Origin: an uncultured Candidatus Rokubacteria bacterium
Lineage (GTDB): Bacteria; Methylomirabilota; Methylomirabilia; Rokubacteriales; CSP1-6
NCBI GenBank assembly: GCA_963771355.1
Contig: CAVYTA010000006.1
Span: 1,728,001-1,792,000 of the forward strand
Reading direction: 5' to 3'
DNA: 64,000 bases
Shown: positions 50,460 through 59,572 of the stretch, piece by piece
Position numbering within the stretch: the stretch's first letter is position 1
Layout: every line of letters begins with the position of its first letter
The notes under the pieces: generated by a model
Database searches by the model: none
Told to the model about the DNA's origin: nothing
The model's input: only the letters and a program-made list of their open reading frames with translations
Made by a program: the position numbers and the translations under genes

Positions 50460-51106
50460 GACCGACAGGCGCGAAAATTCGCGTAGTCACCGGCAGCGCG
50501 ACTCTTGGTATCGTCGGCGTCGGTGAGGACGGCGATGCCCGCGAGCTTCGGGGTCTCGGCCTCCTTGAAGCGCGCGCGATACTCCTCGGCCACGTTGACA
50601 CGCTCCTCCACCCACTGACCCTTCGCGCCATTCCCGCTCCGGAGCACGCGCGCCTGCGTGAGCCCCGCGCTCGAGGTCAGCGTCGTTCCCACCGGCACCA
50701 CCGCGCTCCAGATGTACTTGAGCGACTTCAGGGACACGGAGGAGTGGGGCCACACCGCGTACACGGACAGCGCGCTGTCGTTGGTCTTGCTGTTGCGCTC
50801 GTCCGATCCCTTGGGATGCTCCCCCAGCCGCCAGGCCCAGGCGAGGATGGGGTAGGCGGCGTGGTCCCAGGGCTGCTCGCGGGCGGCCTGGATGCCGATG
50901 CCCTCGGAGACCGCCCTCAAGAATCGGCGCCCCCCTTCCTCGCGCACCGTGTAGACGCCGCGCCCGGAGTCCTTCCGCAGCTTCCAGTCGACCGGGAACT
51001 CGCCGACCTTGGAGCGCGAGAAGTCCTCGAGCACGATACAGTCGGCCGCCCGCGCGGAGGGAGCGGCGAGGAGGACGATGAGGCCGACGAGGACGAGGTA
51101 TCGCAT
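50456..51106 (-). CDS. DUF3047-like exported protein
   Basis: Signal peptide; YPILAWAW, SLKYIWS, WVEERVNV..Y and IAVLTDADDT motifs. Confidence 0.8.
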   Translation of the reverse strand: MRYLVLVGLIVLLAAPSARAADCIVLEDFSRSKVGEFPVDWKLRKDSGRGVYTVREEGGRRFLRAVSEGIGIQAAREQPWDHAAYPILAWAWRLGEHPKGSDERNSKTNDSALSVYAVWPHSSVSLKSLKYIWSAVVPVGTTLTSSAGLTQARVLRSGNGAKGQWVEERVNVAEEYRARFKEAETPKLAGIAVLTDADDTKSRAAGDYANFRACRS

Positions 51107-51111
51107 GTCCG

Positions 51112-52521
51112 CTACCGCCCTCGGCGCCACCACTGGTGGACGAGCTGGTCCACCACCTGGACGAGCTGCGCCACCGTGCGGCACTCCTTGACGATGTCGC
51201 ACGAGGGCGAGTAGAGCGGCATCACGCTGTCGCCGATGCCCCAGCCCCACTGTCCCTCGGGGTTGAGCCAGATGATGCCCTTCACGCGCTCGCGGATCTG
51301 GCGGATGGCCCAGGCCTGGGGATCGTTGTAGTTGTTGCGCGCATCCCCGAGGACCAGCACGGTCGTCTTGCGGTCCAGCGTGTCCAGCTCCGTGCGGACG
51401 AAGCGGTTGAAGGCATAGCCGAAGTCGGAGCGGCAGTGATAGTCCACCGGCGAGCCCTTGAGCGCCCACTCGATGGCCCGGTCCACCGGGTAGGTCTTGA
51501 AGGCCTGAGTGACCTCGGCGATCTCCGACACGAACACGTAGGAGCGCATCCGGGAGAAGCAGTCCTGGAGGCTCCACACCAGCTGGAGCATGAAGCGCGA
51601 CGCGTTGCGCACCGAATCGGACACGTCGCAGAGGGTGACGAGCTTGGGCTTCTCCCGGTGCCGGCGCCGGTAGCGTACCTCCATGGGGATGCCGCCATAC
51701 TGCAGGCTCTTCCGGATGGTCCGCCGCGAGTCGAGCCGCCCCTTCTCCTCCTGGCGCTGGCGGAGGGCGAGGGCGTCCTTGATCTTGCGCGCGAGCCGCG
51801 CCACCACCGCCTTCATCTGCGCCACCTCGTCCGGCGACAGCGCGAAGAGGGGCTTGTCGGTGAGGACCTCGCGGGTGAGCTTCTCGCCTTCACGGTAGGC
51901 CCGCCGCTCCAGCTCGCGCTCCACGTGCTGGCGGATCATGCGCCGGAAGGCTTCCAGGCGCAGGTCGAGATAGTTGCGGATGCGGGCGAGCTGGCCGGGA
52001 TCGAGCCCCTGCGCTTCCAGCATCTGCATGATGCGGGAGAGATCGCGCTCGATGGCCTCCCAGTCGAACTTGTCGTAGATGCGCCGGGAGAAGTAGCCGA
52101 TCTGGAGGAAGTACATGAGCCGCTCGAGCCCGGCCCCCTGCCCCTGGCCGCGGATCGCCATCTCCATCTCCGCGCCCTCGCCCTGGAGCATGAGCTCGGT
52201 CATCTCGTCCAGCTCGAGCCCGTCCTGGGCCATGAGCTTGTCGAGCATCTCGCGCATCTTCGGGTCCTCGGGCCCCAGGGCCTTCTTGAGCCCGGCCCCC
52301 AGCGCCTCGAGGTCGAGGAAGTAGAGGTCGAAGATGCGGTCGAAGGTCGGCAGGTCGCGGGCCTCCTTCACCAGGGTCGCGGCCAGCGCGGACTTGAAGG
52401 TCTCCCGCGTCTCGACGCCGATCTCGGTGGAGGCGGAGAGCGCGTCCATGGCCTCGCTGGTGGAGATGCGCAGCTCCGCCCGGCGCAGATCGCTGATGAA
52501 CTCCAGGATGCGTTGGTCCAT
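51112..52521 (-). CDS. VWA domain protein, CoxE-like
   Basis: MIDAS LCDVSDSV, LD.RRTIRKSL, VLGDARNN and WLNPE motifs. Confidence 0.9.
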   Translation of the reverse strand: MDQRILEFISDLRRAELRISTSEAMDALSASTEIGVETRETFKSALAATLVKEARDLPTFDRIFDLYFLDLEALGAGLKKALGPEDPKMREMLDKLMAQDGLELDEMTELMLQGEGAEMEMAIRGQGQGAGLERLMYFLQIGYFSRRIYDKFDWEAIERDLSRIMQMLEAQGLDPGQLARIRNYLDLRLEAFRRMIRQHVERELERRAYREGEKLTREVLTDKPLFALSPDEVAQMKAVVARLARKIKDALALRQRQEEKGRLDSRRTIRKSLQYGGIPMEVRYRRRHREKPKLVTLCDVSDSVRNASRFMLQLVWSLQDCFSRMRSYVFVSEIAEVTQAFKTYPVDRAIEWALKGSPVDYHCRSDFGYAFNRFVRTELDTLDRKTTVLVLGDARNNYNDPQAWAIRQIRERVKGIIWLNPEGQWGWGIGDSVMPLYSPSCDIVKECRTVAQLVQVVDQLVHQWWRRGR

Positions 52522-52574
52522 CTAGTAGCCTATGCGCGATTTATCATGGTTTGGCGGTTTGGCCTCTTCGCCCC

Positions 52575-52725
52575 GGGGGCTCATCGGGGCGGGGTCTCGA
52601 TGGGGAGCACCCGCGCGCGGGGGCTCATCGGGGCGTCGTTTCCACCTTGAACACTCGCGCGTGGGGGCTCATCGGGGCGTGGTCTCGATGGGAACTGTCG
52701 CGCCGCGCGGCGGGGGCTCATCGGG
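52575..52725. repeat. Four-copy direct repeat array, GGGGGCTCATCGGG(GCG), period 44/44/49 bp
   Basis: Copies start at 52575, 52619, 52663 and 52712; the intervening segments are partly similar to one another. Confidence 0.85.
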
Positions 52726-53272
52726 AGAAGGTCACCCAGGAGGACTTGAACACGTCCTCGTTGCCGTCGCGGCTGATGGGGTGGAGCCGGCCGTCCTCCA
52801 GTCGCAGGAGCCCGTGGAAGGACCCGCGGCACACGAAGTGGCTCATGCGGAACTTCCAGCCGAGCGAGCCGAGGGGGACCTCCTCGTCCAGCTCCACCGC
52901 CCGGGTCACGTCGGGGACGTCGCCGACCAGGTGCAGGACCCGCACCGGCCCCTCCGCGCAGCGCAGGCCGAGCACCACTTTGTAGGAGAGGCCCTGGCGG
53001 AACGTCTCCACCGTCATCTCGCCCGGGTGGAGGAGATGCGGCACCGCGTCCGGCATGGTGGCCCGGAAGAAGTCGCGCGGCGTCGGGTGGACGTAGTAGA
53101 AGTGCCAGCGGCCGGCGGCGGAGATCCAGAGCTTGGTGTACTCGCCCAGCGCGCCCGAGACGCAGCGGCCGCCCTCGATGAACACCGGCCCGGACGGCCC
53201 GAGCTCGGGGAGCCGGATGCGGGGCGCCGGAAACCAGAGCTCCCGGAACTCGGAAAGACCCGCCCACTCCAT
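52718..53272 (-). CDS. Hypothetical protein
   Basis: Lies between the MoxR and VWA genes on the same strand, 9 bp after the MoxR stop; globular-looking composition. Confidence 0.65.
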   Translation of the reverse strand: MEWAGLSEFRELWFPAPRIRLPELGPSGPVFIEGGRCVSGALGEYTKLWISAAGRWHFYYVHPTPRDFFRATMPDAVPHLLHPGEMTVETFRQGLSYKVVLGLRCAEGPVRVLHLVGDVPDVTRAVELDEEVPLGSLGWKFRMSHFVCRGSFHGLLRLEDGRLHPISRDGNEDVFKSSWVTFSR

Positions 53273-53281
53273 CGTCGCCGC

Positions 53282-54202
53282 CTACTTGACCGGCGCCTCG
53301 GCGAGCACCTTGTCCAGCGCGCCCCGCACCCGCTCGAGGTCCTTCTCGTGCTTGACGAGCATGGTCAGGGTGGACTCCACCAGCTCCCGGTCCAGCGAGT
53401 CCGCGTTCAAGATCACCAGCGAGCGCGCCCAGTCGAGGCTCTCCGACACGGACGGCGCCTTCCGGAGCTCCAGTCCGCGGATCTTGTTCACCACCCCGAC
53501 CACCGCCTGGGCCAGGCGCTCCGGAAGCTCCGGCACCTTGAGCCGGATGATGGCGAGCTCCTCGTCCGGGGGCGGAAAGTCGATGAAGAGATGGAGGCAC
53601 CGGCGCTTGAGGCCGTCCGACAGCTCGCGCGCGTTGTTCGAGGTGAGGACGACCAGCGGGATGTTGGTGGCCTTGATGGTGCCGAGCTCGGGCACGGAGA
53701 CCTGAAAATCCGAGAGGACCTCGAGCAAGAACGCCTCGAATTCCGGCTCGGCCTTGTCGATCTCGTCGACCAGCAGCACCACCGGATCCGTCGACTCGAT
53801 GGCCTGGAGCAGCGGCCGCGGAGACAGGAAGCGGTGGGAGAAGAAGGCGTCGTCCTGGCCGGAGATCTTGGCCACCGCGTCGGGCAGCGAGGGCGCGTCG
53901 GCGATCAGCTCGCCGATGCGATCGCGGAGGAGCTGGGTATACAGGAGCTGCTTGGCGTACTTCCACTCGTAGAGCGCCTTGCCCTCGTCGAGCCCCTCGT
54001 AACACTGGAGACGAATGAGCCGCCGGCCCGCGATGTCGGCCAGCGTCTTGGCCAGCTCCGTCTTCCCGACGCCCGCGGGCCCCTCGACCAGCACCGGCCG
54101 GCCCATCTTCGCCGCGAGGTACACGACGGTGCAGATGCGCCGGTTGGCGATGTAGCGGGCGTTCTTGAAGCTCTGCTGGACGTCCTCCACCGATCGGAAC
54201 AT
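53282..54202 (-). CDS. MoxR-family AAA+ ATPase (CoxD-like)
   Basis: EGPAGVGKTE, RLQCYEGLDE, LLVDEIDK, LTSN and LKRRC motifs; RBS AAGGAG before ATG 54202. Confidence 0.93.
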   Translation of the reverse strand: MFRSVEDVQQSFKNARYIANRRICTVVYLAAKMGRPVLVEGPAGVGKTELAKTLADIAGRRLIRLQCYEGLDEGKALYEWKYAKQLLYTQLLRDRIGELIADAPSLPDAVAKISGQDDAFFSHRFLSPRPLLQAIESTDPVVLLVDEIDKAEPEFEAFLLEVLSDFQVSVPELGTIKATNIPLVVLTSNNARELSDGLKRRCLHLFIDFPPPDEELAIIRLKVPELPERLAQAVVGVVNKIRGLELRKAPSVSESLDWARSLVILNADSLDRELVESTLTMLVKHEKDLERVRGALDKVLAEAPVK

Positions 54203-54287
54203 GGCGGCTCCTTGGAATGAATTGGCGTTCATCCTAGCATCACGGCGCGGGTTTGGCGAGCGGCCCGCGCGGTGGGACACTGAAGCC

Positions 54288-55397
54288 GTGACCGACGAGC
54301 GCGCGCGCGGCTATCATCGCCTCCAGCTCGGCCTCTCCGTGCTGGCCTTCGCGCTGGGCGTGGGCTATCTTTCCGTCCTGCTCGTCACCGGCAGCAGCGC
54401 CCGGCTGGCCGCGCGGATCGCGGAGTGGACCGCGCGGCCCTGGCTCGCGCTCGCCGCCATGACACTCGTGGTCGGCGCGGGCTGGCGCCTGCTCACGCTC
54501 CCCCTGGCCTGGCTGGGCGGGTTCTGGTTGCCGCGCCGCTTCGGCCTCCTCCACCAGCCCTTCGCGCGCTGGGCCTGGGACGCGGTGAAGGCGGGCGCGA
54601 TCGGCGGCGTTCTGGCCCTGGCCGGCATCGAGGTGGTCTACGCGCTGCTACGCTGGACCCCGTGGTGGTGGCTGGCCGCCGCGGCGGCATTCCTCGTCGC
54701 CGCCATTCTTCTCACCCTGGTCGCGCCGGTCTGGCTGGTCCCGCTCTTCTATCGACTGGAGCCGCTGGCGGACGGCGAGCTGCGCGAGCGCCTGCTCCGG
54801 CTCGGTCGGCGAACCGGCGTGCCCGTGCTGGGAGTCTGGGTGGGCGATCAATCGCGAAAGAGCCGCACCGCGAATGCCGCGGTGACCGGGCTCGGTCGCA
54901 CCCGCCGCGTCATCCTGTTCGACACGCTCGTGCGCGAGTTCCCCGCGGACGAGATCGAGGCGGTGCTGGCCCACGAGCTGGCCCATCATGCCCACGCCGA
55001 CATCTGGCGCGGGCTCGCCGTTCAGGGCGCGGTCACGCTCGCGACCTTCTGGCTGGCTGATCGGCTGCTCGCGGCCGGTGCGGCGAGCCTCGGCCTCGCG
55101 GGACCGGCAGACCTCGCCGCCCTTCCGCTACTTCTTCTCATCGGGCTGGGCGCCGGCATGGTGGCGCTGCCACTGACCAATGGGTGGTCTCGCCATGTGG
55201 AGCGTCAGGCCGACGACTTTGCGGTACGAGCGCTGGGATCCGCCGGCGCCTTCGTCGCGGCCATGGAGCGCCTGGCGCGGCTCAACCTGGCCGAACGCGA
55301 GCCCCATCGACTCAAGGAGATCCTCCTCTACTCCCACCCGGCCATCGGCCGGCGGGTGGCCCGGGCCCAGGCGCTCGCGGCGGGGTCGCCCGGCTGA
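54288..55397 (+). CDS. M48 family metallopeptidase (Ste24-like)
   Basis: ANAAVTGLG.TRRVILFDTL, HELAH, ERQAD and YSHP motifs. Confidence 0.9.
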   Translation: MTDERARGYHRLQLGLSVLAFALGVGYLSVLLVTGSSARLAARIAEWTARPWLALAAMTLVVGAGWRLLTLPLAWLGGFWLPRRFGLLHQPFARWAWDAVKAGAIGGVLALAGIEVVYALLRWTPWWWLAAAAAFLVAAILLTLVAPVWLVPLFYRLEPLADGELRERLLRLGRRTGVPVLGVWVGDQSRKSRTANAAVTGLGRTRRVILFDTLVREFPADEIEAVLAHELAHHAHADIWRGLAVQGAVTLATFWLADRLLAAGAASLGLAGPADLAALPLLLLIGLGAGMVALPLTNGWSRHVERQADDFAVRALGSAGAFVAAMERLARLNLAEREPHRLKEILLYSHPAIGRRVARAQALAAGSPG

Positions 55398-55464
55398 CAC
55401 TGTACCCTCCAGCTTGTTTCTCAGCCGACGTAGGCGCCCCTGTTCCACTTCTAAACATTCATTG

Positions 55465-55507
55465 TTTCAATGAGTTGAGGGCCGGGAGCCCTGGCACCCC
55501 AATTGCT
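55465..55507 (+). promoter_or_regulatory. Sigma-54 promoter with upstream IHF-like site
   Basis: TGGCAC-CCCAA-TTGCT at 55492-55507 is an exact consensus match; TTTCAATGAGTTG at 55465-55477 is one mismatch from WATCARNNNNTTR. Confidence 0.75.
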
Positions 55508-55559
55508 GCTCAGTAGGCTCGGAGACCACGTGGCCACCCACGGAACGACAGCACTTGAG

Positions 55560-56843
55560 ATGAGTTCCAAGCCCGCCGGCCCCCAGAGTGCGCTGTTGCG
55601 ACACCTTCGGGTGATCCGCATCGTCTCCGAGGCCGTGAGCCGGTCGCTGGACCTGGAAGAGGTCCTCGATCGCTCGCTCGACGCCCTCACCCAGGTCACC
55701 GGACACGAGATCTCGAGCCTGCACCTGGTTTCCCCGGACGGGGAGCGGCTGCTCCTGCGGGGCGACCGCGGCCTGTCGCCGCGCCTCCGCGAAGTCAACC
55801 TCGTCCTCCCGATGGGCGTGGGGCTGATCGGCAGCGTGGCCCAGTCCGGCCAGCCGCGCCGCGTGGACGACGTCGCCCGGGCCGGCGACCTCCTGCACGC
55901 GGCGCGCGAGGCCGTGATCGCCGACGGCATCCGCGCCTTCGTCTGCGTGCCCATCCGCGCCCGCCAGCGCCTGCTGGGCACGCTCGCGCTGGGGCGGCAG
56001 ACGGGCCATCGCTTCTCCGACGCGGAGGTCTCGCTGCTGGAGTGCGTGTCCGATCAGATCGGGCTGGCCCTTGACAATGCGCGGCTGTACTCCGAGACGC
56101 GGCATCAGCTCCAGGAGCACGAGAAGGTGCGGGCGGCCGCGGTGCGCGCGGAGCGGATGTCCGCCATCGACGGCCTCGCCGCGGGCGTGGCCCACGAGAT
56201 CAACAACCCGCTCACCATCATCCTGGGCCAGATCCACGTGATGCTGCAGGGCGAACCGGAGGAGGAGCTGGAGACCCAGCTCCGCGTGATCGATGGCGCC
56301 GCCAAGCGCGCGGCCAAGATCGTGAAGGACCTGCGCTCCTTCGCCGAGCCCTCGCCCGCCCAGCGCGCCCCCGTCTCGATTCCGGCGCTCATCCGGCAGG
56401 TGCTGGACGCCAACGAGTCGCGCCTCCGCGCCGACCACGTGGAGTGGGAGACCGTGCTCGAGCAGGTGCCCGCCATCTGGGCCGACGGCCCACAGCTCAC
56501 CCAGGTGCTCCAGAGCCTGGTGGACAATGCCCGCTTCGCGATGGCGTCGTCCCACGACGGCGGCCGGCTCACCCTCCGGGTCATGCCGGTGCCCGCCGGC
56601 GTCCGCATCGAGGTCGCCGACGACGGGCCCGGCATCCTGCCGAACCACCTGCCCCGCATCTTCAACCCCTTCTTCACGACCAAGGGGCCGGATCAGGGGC
56701 GCGGGCTCGGGCTCGCCGTCGCGCACGGAGTCATCAAGGAGCATGGCGGCCGGCTCTGGGCCGAGAACGGCTCCTCCGGCGGCGCTCTCCTCGTCGTCGA
56801 GCTGCCGGTGAGCCTCCGCCGCACCGAACGCGCCTCCGCCTGA
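55560..56843 (+). CDS. Cytoplasmic GAF-domain histidine kinase
   Basis: GAF (CVPIRAR..LLGTL..ALDNARLY), AHEINNPL, DDGPGI, FFTTK and GRGLGL. Confidence 0.92.
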   Translation: MSSKPAGPQSALLRHLRVIRIVSEAVSRSLDLEEVLDRSLDALTQVTGHEISSLHLVSPDGERLLLRGDRGLSPRLREVNLVLPMGVGLIGSVAQSGQPRRVDDVARAGDLLHAAREAVIADGIRAFVCVPIRARQRLLGTLALGRQTGHRFSDAEVSLLECVSDQIGLALDNARLYSETRHQLQEHEKVRAAAVRAERMSAIDGLAAGVAHEINNPLTIILGQIHVMLQGEPEEELETQLRVIDGAAKRAAKIVKDLRSFAEPSPAQRAPVSIPALIRQVLDANESRLRADHVEWETVLEQVPAIWADGPQLTQVLQSLVDNARFAMASSHDGGRLTLRVMPVPAGVRIEVADDGPGILPNHLPRIFNPFFTTKGPDQGRGLGLAVAHGVIKEHGGRLWAENGSSGGALLVVELPVSLRRTERASA

Positions 56844-56890
56844 TCGGCGCCGCTCCCGGCGCCGGAATCGCTGTGGTAGGCTGAAGCGCC

Positions 56891-57100
56891 ATGCGGCGCT
56901 TTGTTTCTCCCGCGATCCTCTGCTTCGCGCTCACCCTCGTCGCCGCCTGCGCGCCCATGGGCGGCTCCGCCCCCCGGAGCAGCGGCGGCGCCTCGGTGCG
57001 GTGTCTGAACCCGGGCGACTCCGGCGGTACCGGCGCCGCCGGCTCGTCCGAGTCGCCGGATCGGCCCATCTTCTTCCTCTTCTGCGCCCAGTCTCCCTGA
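56891..57100 (+). CDS. Small putative lipoprotein
   Basis: Lipobox LVAAC, Gly/Ser-rich linker, and a C-terminal RPIFFLFC; two further Cys after the lipobox. Confidence 0.6.
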   Translation: MRRFVSPAILCFALTLVAACAPMGGSAPRSSGGASVRCLNPGDSGGTGAAGSSESPDRPIFFLFCAQSP

Positions 57101-57159
57101 GTGCTAGGCTCCGCTCTGTTCACAACTACCAATCTCCCGAACCCACGGGGAGGACTCGC

Positions 57160-58332
57160 ATGAGCACCGCGAAGGACGCCGTCACTCAGGCCGTCGACGG
57201 CATCGCCGACGAGCTCGAAGCCCTGTCCCGCCGTATCCACGATCATCCGGAGCTGGGCTACCAGGAAAAGCAGGCGGCAGGCTGGCTGACCGGGTTCCTC
57301 GCCGCCAAGGGCTTCAAGGTCGAATCGGGGGTGGCGGGCGTGGAGACCGCCTTCCGCGCGACCATCGAGACGGGCGACGGCCCCACCATCGCCATCCTGT
57401 GCGAGTACGACGCGCTGCCGGGCATCGGGCATGCGTGCGGCCACAACGTCATCGCCGCCTCCGGCGCGGGCGCGGGCGCGGCGCTGGCGCTGTCGAAGAG
57501 CCGGCTGCCCAAGGGCCGCGTCCAGGTCATCGGGACGCCGGCGGAGGAGGGCGGCGGCGGGAAGAACCGCCTCATCAAGGGCGGCGTCTTCAAGGACGTC
57601 GACTGCGCCATGATGATCCACGGCTTCGACCGCACCATCCTGCACCAGGATCTCCTCGGCATCGTGCGGGGGACCTTCGAGTTCCACGGCAAGGCCTCCC
57701 ACGCCTCCGCCGATCCCTGGGAGGGAATCAACGCCCTCGATGGCTGTATCGCAATGTTCAACGCAGTGGCCATGCTGCGCCAGCAGGTGCGGCCCGACTG
57801 CCGCATCCACGGGATCATCACCAACGGGGGTGCCGCCGCCAACATCATCCCGGAGTACGCGGCGGCCGTCTTCTACGTGCGCGCCCCGCGCATCGACGTC
57901 ATGTGGGACCTCTACAAGCGCGTGGTGGCCTGCGCGGAGGGCGCGGCCAAGGCGACGGGCGCCGCGGTGAAGGTGACGCAGCAGACCGACAATGTCTACG
58001 AGCCCATGAAGCGGAACCAGACCCTGCTCGACCTCTTCGCCGCGAACATGACCGCGGTCGGCCTCGCCGAGGGCCCCGCGGTGCTCGACCGGCTCGGCTC
58101 CTCCGACGTCGGCAACGTGAGCCAGGTGATCCCCACCATCCAGCCCATGATCGGCATCGCCCCGCTGGGGACGGCCATCCACACGCGCGAATTCGCCGAC
58201 GCGGCGGTGACGCCGCTGGCGCGGGCTGGGCTCCTCGCCGCCGCCAAGACCATGGCCCTCACCACCTTCGATCTCCTCGCCGATCCGGCCCGGGTGCGAG
58301 CGGCGAAGGACGAGTTCGCCCGGAGCCGGTAG
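57160..58332 (+). CDS. M20 family amidohydrolase (ACY1L2/AbgB-like), copy 1
   Basis: HPELGYQE, EYDALPGIGHACGHN, GTPAEEGGG and GSSDVGNVS motifs. Confidence 0.92.
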   Translation: MSTAKDAVTQAVDGIADELEALSRRIHDHPELGYQEKQAAGWLTGFLAAKGFKVESGVAGVETAFRATIETGDGPTIAILCEYDALPGIGHACGHNVIAASGAGAGAALALSKSRLPKGRVQVIGTPAEEGGGGKNRLIKGGVFKDVDCAMMIHGFDRTILHQDLLGIVRGTFEFHGKASHASADPWEGINALDGCIAMFNAVAMLRQQVRPDCRIHGIITNGGAAANIIPEYAAAVFYVRAPRIDVMWDLYKRVVACAEGAAKATGAAVKVTQQTDNVYEPMKRNQTLLDLFAANMTAVGLAEGPAVLDRLGSSDVGNVSQVIPTIQPMIGIAPLGTAIHTREFADAAVTPLARAGLLAAAKTMALTTFDLLADPARVRAAKDEFARSR

Positions 58333-58334
58333 CC

Positions 58335-59537
58335 ATGACCGGCGCGAATCCGACGCTCGACGCCGCGAAGAGCAAGGTTGCGGAGGCGGTGGACCGGCTG
58401 AGCGGCGAGCTGGAGGCGCTGAGCCTCCAGATCCACGGCAATCCGGAGCTCTGCTTCAAGGAGGAGAAGGCCTCCGCGTGGCTCACCGAGTTCCTCGGCA
58501 AGCACGGGGCCCAGGTGGAGCGGGGGATCGGCGGGCTTCCCACCGCGTTCCGGGCCACCATTCCGGGGCAAGGCCCCGGGCCGACGGTGGCCATTCTCGC
58601 CGAGTACGACGCGCTGCCCGGCATCGGGCATGCCTGCGGGCACAACATCATCGCGACCTCCGGCGCGGGAGCGGGCGCCGCGCTCGCCGCCGCGCTCACC
58701 ACTCTGCCCTTCGCGGGGCGCATCCAGGTCATCGGCACTCCCGCCGAGGAGGGCGGCGCGGGCAAGGTGCGCCTCATGGAGGCGGGCGTCTTCAAGGACG
58801 TGGACGCGGCCATGATGATTCACGGGCGCCCGGGCACCCAGGTCTGGCGGCCGAGCCTCGGCATCATCAAGGTGAAGGTGGAGTTCTTCGGCCGCGCCGC
58901 CCATGCCTCGTCCTGGCCGTGGCGGGGCGTCAACGCGCTCAACGCGATGATCCAGCTCTTCGTGTCGCTCGATCAGATGCGCCAGCAGGTGAAGCCGGAC
59001 GCGCGCATCCACGGGGTGATCACCAAGGGCGGCGACCAGGCCAATATCATTCCCGAGCACACCGCGGCGGAGTTCTACCTGCGCGCGCCCACGCGCGACT
59101 ACTGCCACGAGCTGCTCCGGAAGTTCGAGGCGGTGGCGGAAGGCGCGGCGCTGGCCACCGGCTGCACGGCCAAGGTGATGCCGGACGCCACTATCCATGA
59201 CCCGCTCAAGCCGAACTTCACCATGGCCGCGCTGTTCAAGCAGAACCTCGCGCGCATCGACTTCCCCGAGGACCCGGACGACGGTCAGGCCGGCTACGGC
59301 TCCACCGACTGCGGCAACGTGAGCCAGGCCCTCCCCACCATTCACCCGTACATCCGCATCAGCCCCGACGGGATTCCCGGCCATTCGCGGGAGTTTGCCG
59401 AGTGGGCCAAATCTCCGATCGCGCATACCGGCATGGTGGCGGCGGCCAAGACGCTGGCCATGACGGCGCTGGATCTTCTCGCCGCGCCCGACGAATTGCG
59501 AAAGGCGAAGGCGGAATTCGCGTCGACCGCCGGCTAG
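58335..59537 (+). CDS. M20 family amidohydrolase (ACY1L2/AbgB-like), copy 2
   Basis: NPELCFKE, EYDALPGIGHACGHN, GTPAEEGG and GSTDCGNVS motifs. Confidence 0.92.
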   Translation: MTGANPTLDAAKSKVAEAVDRLSGELEALSLQIHGNPELCFKEEKASAWLTEFLGKHGAQVERGIGGLPTAFRATIPGQGPGPTVAILAEYDALPGIGHACGHNIIATSGAGAGAALAAALTTLPFAGRIQVIGTPAEEGGAGKVRLMEAGVFKDVDAAMMIHGRPGTQVWRPSLGIIKVKVEFFGRAAHASSWPWRGVNALNAMIQLFVSLDQMRQQVKPDARIHGVITKGGDQANIIPEHTAAEFYLRAPTRDYCHELLRKFEAVAEGAALATGCTAKVMPDATIHDPLKPNFTMAALFKQNLARIDFPEDPDDGQAGYGSTDCGNVSQALPTIHPYIRISPDGIPGHSREFAEWAKSPIAHTGMVAAAKTLAMTALDLLAAPDELRKAKAEFASTAG

Positions 59538-59572
59538 GCGGATGACGCGGCTCGGCGGCGAATAGCCCGCGA

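Noticed and set aside
52575..52725. CRISPR array
   Set aside because: The repeat is only 14-17 bp, the spacers resemble each other, and there are no cas genes in the window.
51112..54202. Aerobic CO dehydrogenase (cox) cluster
   Set aside because: Only CoxD/CoxE-like accessory genes are present; there is no coxMSL.
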